Virus record (IMG/VR): IMGVR_UViG_3300040810_000410
Location: 1-63,081 of that record
DNA: 63,081 bases
DNA from: a virus
Lineage: Duplodnaviria; Caudoviricetes
Reading direction: 5' to 3' (one strand)
Of this stretch, positions 58,383 through 63,081 are shown one piece after another; within the stretch, counting starts at the first letter, position 1, and each line of letters begins with the position of its first letter. A program made the translations under genes and the position numbers. The notes under the pieces are model-generated. The model was not told where the DNA came from and ran no database searches. It was given only the letters and a program-made list of their open reading frames with translations.

Positions 58383-59627
58383 TTATAAAGTGCTGTTCCA
58401 TTTAGTTGTCTGATTAGTAACAGAAGTTTCTACAATTTCGATTACTACTTGAACATCATCTGAATTCTTGTAAGCATGTTTGTTACCACGGATAGCTATT
58501 AAGTCATTATTGTTAAACATTAGGGTTCTCGTAACGTACGGTGCATCCTTATCTTCTAGCGCCTTATAAGCTGTCCATGACATGTGTTCTTCAGCACCAT
58601 CCTCGTAAAACGCATCTTCATCTTCATCTTTATACTCTTTACCTATTAATGGGTTAGGGTACTTAACTGTGATACTCACGATATTATTTATCATTGAACC
58701 TAACTCGTTAACTAATTGGTAGGGTTTTCCACCATCCTCAGTATTCGGGATGAGCTGATCTACTCGTACCATGGTCTTAACTTCAGGACGTAATGTAGGT
58801 ACGTTAAGGATTGCAGTGATTTCTTCAAGAGACTCATCTGGATACTCTGCCCATTCTTTGATAATCTCATTCATCACATCGAAGCTTACACCGTAACGCT
58901 TAGAGTAAACAATACAAGAAGCCTCTTGATCTTCTGTTAAACCATGAGCCTTACATAACTGTTGTACTACTTGTTGCTCAACACCATCGTAGATGTACAT
59001 GTATCTCATACGGCCTGGGCGGTCTGTAAGGAAATCACTTAGCATGTAGTGAGAGTTATCAATTAGTACGATCAAGCGTTTACGATTGTTTGTACCTTGG
59101 AAGAAGTTAAGCATTTCATCTTGACGATCAGCAGCAATTGCAAGACGATTATGTCTTGAGTCACCTTCATCATCAGAACCTTTTAGTTTACTGATGTGCT
59201 TAAGGAATTCATCAAAGATGATAGTACATTCTTGAATACTGTTAAGGAACTCAAGGTACTTAGGATCTGTACAGAATGAATCAGATACATCGATCACTGG
59301 TTTACCTTGGGCAATAGTTTGGTGGGCTAGTACAGCAGACAATAGAGATTTACCTGCACCTTTCTTACCGAATAGACCTACACCTAAAGCCTGAGGACTA
59401 TTAGAGTAAGCTTTCATGATACGTTCTGAACGTGCTTCAGCAGAACCGAAGATCGTCGCTGGTAATTCCACTTGGTCTGTCTCTTTCTCTAAGTAGAAAC
59501 CGATCATTGGATTAAAGGCTACCTTGTAGTAACCAGCAGGTACTGTATCAACTACTGAGCCTTCTTGGTGAATGAATGGGAATACATTAGCACCAGAGAT
59601 ACGGTATTTAGTTGAAGTGTTAGACAT
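58383..59627 (-). CDS. AAA+ ATPase (true start probably 59627)
   Basis: Walker A GKKGAGKS, Walker B IIFDE, arginine finger DRPGR; GAGGA RBS before MSNTSTK. Confidence 0.88.
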   Translation of the reverse strand: MSNTSTKYRISGANVFPFIHQEGSVVDTVPAGYYKVAFNPMIGFYLEKETDQVELPATIFGSAEARSERIMKAYSNSPQALGVGLFGKKGAGKSLLSAVLAHQTIAQGKPVIDVSDSFCTDPKYLEFLNSIQECTIIFDEFLKHISKLKGSDDEGDSRHNRLAIAADRQDEMLNFFQGTNNRKRLIVLIDNSHYMLSDFLTDRPGRMRYMYIYDGVEQQVVQQLCKAHGLTEDQEASCIVYSKRYGVSFDVMNEIIKEWAEYPDESLEEITAILNVPTLRPEVKTMVRVDQLIPNTEDGGKPYQLVNELGSMINNIVSITVKYPNPLIGKEYKDEDEDAFYEDGAEEHMSWTAYKALEDKDAPYVTRTLMFNNNDLIAIRGNKHAYKNSDDVQVVIEIVETSVTNQTTKWNSTL

Positions 59628-59663
59628 ATTGTTTTCCTCTTGTTTACGTTTGTTTAAATAAAT

Positions 59664-59792
59664 TGATCGTCGGGGCTGGATTGTAACCAGCGTCCTCCCC
59701 AATGTTTAATGGTTAGCCCCGAGGGAATCGAACCGCTCGTCACAACCATTGGGCTAAAGGTGGGGCGCTCTGTCATGCTGAGCTACCCGACG
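59664..59792 (-). ncRNA. tRNA-like cloverleaf with a nested tRNA-like insert in the anticodon loop
   Basis: Perfect acceptor (CGTCGGG/CCCGACG), D (GCTC/GAGC), anticodon (CCCCA/TGGGG) and T (GCTGG/CCAGC) stems; the 59-nt anticodon loop contains TTAGCCC...GGTTCGATTCC...GGGCTAA-CCA. Confidence 0.7.
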
Positions 59793-59858
59793 TTAATCTT
59801 TCTGCTTAAGATAGGGCACCATCAGAGATACCCTAGATTTAAAAAGAAAGGAAGTTAA

Positions 59859-60180
59859 TTACTTAACGCATTCATCATACATCCAAATGCCACCGTTGTC
59901 AACACATTTCTTTTCCAAAGTTTCCTGTTGTTCCTTTGGAAGTTCTTTGTGTTGCTCAGGTGTGATCTTTGTATTTACTAGAACGCATTCAGCTTTATCA
60001 ATTGGATCACTTGAAGAAGGATCGCATGTTAAAACTCGAGGAACCTGTATCTCAATCTTAGGTTCTTCTGGAGGTAAACACAGGATATACCCCAAGTATT
60101 AGTAATGCCCCTACTATAGGATCATAGTCAAAGGCAGCCCAACAGCAGTATAAGACTACTATTATGAATACAGATTCCAT
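59859..60180 (-). pseudogene. Membrane protein apparently split by a 1-nt frameshift at a G4 run (60090-60093)
   Basis: A 40-aa ORF with GGAG RBS (ATG at 60180) joins the 78-aa ORF in frame if one G is removed. Confidence 0.5.
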
Positions 60181-60190
60181 AAGTTACTCC

Positions 60191-61459
60191 TTACTTGCTA
60201 ACTGTTTTAGCGTTGCTTAGTGTACCAAGTTTATCCATTACGCCTAGTTGCAACAATGAATTCATTGCGTCAGTGTTACCACCAGCACCACCACCTAAGA
60301 TAGTCAGTTGGCTAGGCATGTTCATGTTCTCTACAGCACGAGAGTTAACAGTAGCAATATGCTCTTTCATCTCGAACTCACGGAACAACTTACCAGCTTC
60401 TTGCTTCTTATCAATAGCGTATGCTTCAGCGTCAGCTAGTGTAGTGATTACCTTAGCTTCTTCAATAGCAGCCAATGCTTCCTGAGCTTTCTGCTTAGTA
60501 GCTTCTTCAGCAGCCGCAGTTAACTCGATAGCTGTTTCTTTCTGCTTAGTCGCAGCGATTACCGCTAGTTGCTTATCACGCTTAGCTTCTTCAATCTGAC
60601 GAGCCGCAGCAGCTTTGGTTTTGTATTCCATTTGTGCTACGTTCTTCTTACCTTCAGCAATTACTTGTTGCTCAGCGTAGTATGCTTTGTTCGCATTAGC
60701 TTTAGCAGTAATGATTGCCATCTCAGCATCACGCTTGTCACTGATTTGTTTCAATGTTTTCGGTTCAAAGTCCCAAGCTTTCAAGTCAAACTGTGTTACC
60801 GCTAGATTCCAGCGATCAATGATAGAATCAGCAGTCTTAGGTTGACCATCTGTACCCAAGACAATCTCAGGTACATCACGGTTCTGATACTCAGGCTTAC
60901 CTTCTTTATCAACACCAACTTGTACACGCTTTGATACTAACTTGGTTTCATACAGACCGTTATTAGCTTGGTACGTTGCGTTACTAATGAACTCTGAGCG
61001 TTTAGTAGCGTAAGCTTCTTCAGATTTCAACAGACCAGCCGTAAGGTTTAATACCTTAGGGAACTCTTGGTTAAGTAACTTAGTACGTGCACCTTCCTCT
61101 GAACGGAAACGATTGTGGAACTTAAGCATTGAGTCTTCATCAGTAGGTAACGCTACGTTAACCATACCACAGACTACACCTTCACCACCATCTTGGTAAC
61201 GCACTCGAACACCGTCGTTCTGTGCAAAGCTACATACATTGTCTTCACCAGCACCGAAATCCTTCGAGATAAAGTCAGGATACGTAGTTGTCTTACCGAA
61301 CATAGGGAAGTATAACCCAGGCTCGAACTTAACACTCATGCTACCGTTAGGCTTCTGAATGACTGTACGGTAACCAGCATCATTAATACCTACGTTCAAA
61401 GCTACTACTGTAAGACCAACGATACCTGCGATAGCACTAATAATTAAAGATTTATTCAT
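60191..61459 (-). CDS. SPFH / band-7 domain membrane protein
   Basis: N-terminal TM, GYRTVIQ...EPGLYF, long Ala/Glu coiled coil. Confidence 0.8.
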   Translation of the reverse strand: MNKSLIISAIAGIVGLTVVALNVGINDAGYRTVIQKPNGSMSVKFEPGLYFPMFGKTTTYPDFISKDFGAGEDNVCSFAQNDGVRVRYQDGGEGVVCGMVNVALPTDEDSMLKFHNRFRSEEGARTKLLNQEFPKVLNLTAGLLKSEEAYATKRSEFISNATYQANNGLYETKLVSKRVQVGVDKEGKPEYQNRDVPEIVLGTDGQPKTADSIIDRWNLAVTQFDLKAWDFEPKTLKQISDKRDAEMAIITAKANANKAYYAEQQVIAEGKKNVAQMEYKTKAAAARQIEEAKRDKQLAVIAATKQKETAIELTAAAEEATKQKAQEALAAIEEAKVITTLADAEAYAIDKKQEAGKLFREFEMKEHIATVNSRAVENMNMPSQLTILGGGAGGNTDAMNSLLQLGVMDKLGTLSNAKTVSK

Positions 61460-61658
61460 CTGTTGTTTTCTCCGTTGTTGTTAAAGTTTTCAAAAGGTGA
61501 TCAGAATCAGCGTCAATCTCTGATATCTTAACCTCGTTGCGGATGTCACGATTACGTTGGATCGCATCATTCAGTTTCTTGTCTCGTCTTGCTGAGCGAT
61601 ACATTAGTACACCAGCGACGATCAAGATGATTAAAATAAAGAATGCAAATACACTCAT
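61452..61658 (-). CDS. Small membrane protein upstream of SPFH
   Basis: N-terminal TM helix, GGAG RBS. Confidence 0.7.
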   Translation of the reverse strand: MSVFAFFILIILIVAGVLMYRSARRDKKLNDAIQRNRDIRNEVKISEIDADSDHLLKTLTTTEKTTDE

Positions 61659-61668
61659 GTTATTACTC

Positions 61669-61914
61669 CTAGCCGTGAACCATTACAGAACGACGAGAGA
61701 ATGCTACAGCTCGAAAAGGCGAAAAATGTCCTTCATCAAATTGTTTCTCCCAGTAATTCACGTGCTGTCTTGTGATTTTATGTGAAGTTAAGAAGGACTT
61801 AATAGTACCTTTAGCAGCACCTTCCCTTCTAAACTGTTGTACAGCTCTAACGACACTCATTTTAAAAGTTACGTCGAATTGTCGTCTATTCCACGTCTTG
61901 TTTAGCGTTCCCAT
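61669..61914 (-). CDS. Small HTH DNA-binding protein
   Basis: RRQFDVTFKMSVV...HKITRQHVNYWEKQF, resembling transposase-type / Brinker HTH domains. Confidence 0.55.
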   Translation of the reverse strand: MGTLNKTWNRRQFDVTFKMSVVRAVQQFRREGAAKGTIKSFLTSHKITRQHVNYWEKQFDEGHFSPFRAVAFSRRSVMVHG

Positions 61915-62131
61915 TTGTTGTCCCTCCGAACAGTTTGTTGATGTTATCTATTGCAGTAGAGGCAGCATCAGCTTCCATTTGTGCAGCTAGACGTTGGCGC
62001 TCTTTAGCTTGGATAGCAATGGTTGCTTTCTTAACACGAGCGGTTTGTGCCTTGAGAATTTCTCTGAATTCCCTTGTAAAACGGTCTCTTACACTAGCAA
62101 CCGTCTTGATCCCGAATAATTTACCTAACAT
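61886..62131 (-). CDS. Hypothetical coiled-coil protein
   Basis: 81 aa, GGAGA RBS. Confidence 0.7.
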   Translation of the reverse strand: MLGKLFGIKTVASVRDRFTREFREILKAQTARVKKATIAIQAKERQRLAAQMEADAASTAIDNINKLFGGTTNGNAKQDVE

Positions 62132-62175
62132 GATGTGGTCTCCTGTCGTTGTCTTAGGGTATCTGCCTATTTGAT

Positions 62176-62844
62176 CTACATAGCAGTAGTGAAGAGTGTG
62201 TCCATTAGTTCCACAAGATCACCAATCTCTTTCTTCAATCGTTCGATCTCAGCCTTAACATGAGCTGACTTATCAACACCAAGTTTCTCTAAGCCATCAA
62301 TACGAGAATTAAGCTTTTCAATTAAGGCATAGAAATCCTCAGGTGTCATTGTGCTTGCATCACGACCATTAACTAGTGTGACGTTGCTGATTAAATCATT
62401 AGAGTACTTAGGTAGTACTGTGTTTTCTTGTGTTGAATTCACGATTGTTTCTCCTTCTGGTTCACCAAGAGGTTTAAGTGGTGTCCCTTGGCATAAGTTA
62501 GTTTCTGTTTCAGACCTAAGGTACGTCATTACTCTCCGTCCCATATCAGTCGTATTGTAAGTTTCAAGGAATGCTTGCTTAACTACATTAGTTAACCGAG
62601 GGTAGTGAGCAGCAAGGGGTGCAGTAATGCTATCCCATATCACACTAGCCATTATGTTCTTTGTTCGGTCGGATACACTCCTAGGATGTCTACTTATTTC
62701 TCTTTTAACAGCAAGGTAAGCTTCTTCGTAACTAGAGGTGTTTTTAAAGTGAGCCGTAATAATCCTATGATATACATCGTGCTTATAGATTAGCTCTTCC
62801 TTACCTCGTTCAACACCCGCTGAGTAAAGTTTAAGCATGCTCAT
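62176..62844 (-). CDS. Hypothetical protein (probable start 62844, MSMLKL)
   Basis: Start overlaps the end of the upstream small ORF; C-terminal coiled coil. Confidence 0.7.
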   Translation of the reverse strand: MSMLKLYSAGVERGKEELIYKHDVYHRIITAHFKNTSSYEEAYLAVKREISRHPRSVSDRTKNIMASVIWDSITAPLAAHYPRLTNVVKQAFLETYNTTDMGRRVMTYLRSETETNLCQGTPLKPLGEPEGETIVNSTQENTVLPKYSNDLISNVTLVNGRDASTMTPEDFYALIEKLNSRIDGLEKLGVDKSAHVKAEIERLKKEIGDLVELMDTLFTTAM

Positions 62845-62974
62845 TACTACGACCTTTGTTCGGGTGATCCTTAGGTCGCAACGCATCATTGAAACCATGT
62901 GACTGGAACACGTTGATGAATGCTTGGCTTGACTTACGTGGTAGCAGTGCTGTGTATACTTTCTTATCTGACAT
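62831..62974 (-). CDS. Small protein, 47 aa, whose start lies in the terminal overlap
   Basis: GGAGA RBS; MSDKKVYTALLPRKSS...NEHA*. Confidence 0.55.
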   Translation of the reverse strand: MSDKKVYTALLPRKSSQAFINVFQSHGFNDALRPKDHPNKGRSNEHA

Positions 62975-63081
62975 GATAGTCTCCTATGTTGTTAACTTAA
63001 GTATTCATAAGGTTACTTCTTCGTGTAAGCAGAATGAAATAAACTTATGAATACCTATTGACATTCATTAAAAAGTATGCT
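62955..63081. repeat. Terminal direct repeat identical to 1-127
   Basis: Exact match. Confidence 0.95.

Noticed and set aside
59628-59702. N-terminal 25 aa of the AAA ORF as given in the track
   Set aside because: It overlaps the 3' half of the tRNA-like element, and a strong RBS supports the ATG at 59627.
59710-59792. A single ordinary tRNA ending at the CCA at 59710
   Set aside because: Its 5' end (CGTCGGG) does not pair with GGGGCTA and no anticodon stem forms; the matching 3' half lies at 59664-59701.
61669-61914. IS element / transposase
   Set aside because: Only a small HTH; no catalytic ORF or terminal inverted repeats.
1943-62793. Numerous 60-150 aa antisense ORFs in the track
   Set aside because: They lie opposite confident genes and are explained by codon bias.

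Overview
This window is one complete, circularly permuted dsDNA phage genome of about 62,954 bp. Bases 1-127 are repeated exactly at 62955-63081, most likely an assembly overlap. It looks like a lytic podovirus with T7-type replication genes (family A DNA polymerase, fused primase-helicase, 5'-3' exonuclease, SSB) but no single-subunit RNA polymerase. It instead carries sigma70-type promoters and encodes its own sigma-factor-like protein. Two arms diverge from a ~1.8 kb non-coding region (2263-4074) and converge at a bidirectional terminator near 35.0 kb. The + arm encodes the sigma factor, terminase, portal, scaffold, capsid, tail tubulars, tail fibres, ejection proteins, holins and several glycan-binding or glycan-degrading proteins. 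The - arm encodes early small genes, an SPFH protein, an AAA ATPase, a macrodomain protein, rIIA/rIIB, an NAD salvage pair (NAMPT + NMNAT-Nudix), the replication genes, ThyX, class I RNR and a lysozyme-like protein. The most unusual signals are non-coding: (1) a tRNA-like cloverleaf at 59664-59792 whose anticodon loop holds a second tRNA-like acceptor/T-arm/CCA module; (2) a ~450-nt densely structured ORF-free region with an adjacent H-type pseudoknot upstream of the first early gene; (3) six related strand-specific intergenic hairpins; (4) an exact 23-bp inverted repeat pair 3.6 kb apart; (5) DnaA boxes and short repeats near the probable genome termini. All protein calls come from motif recognition by eye, not database searches.
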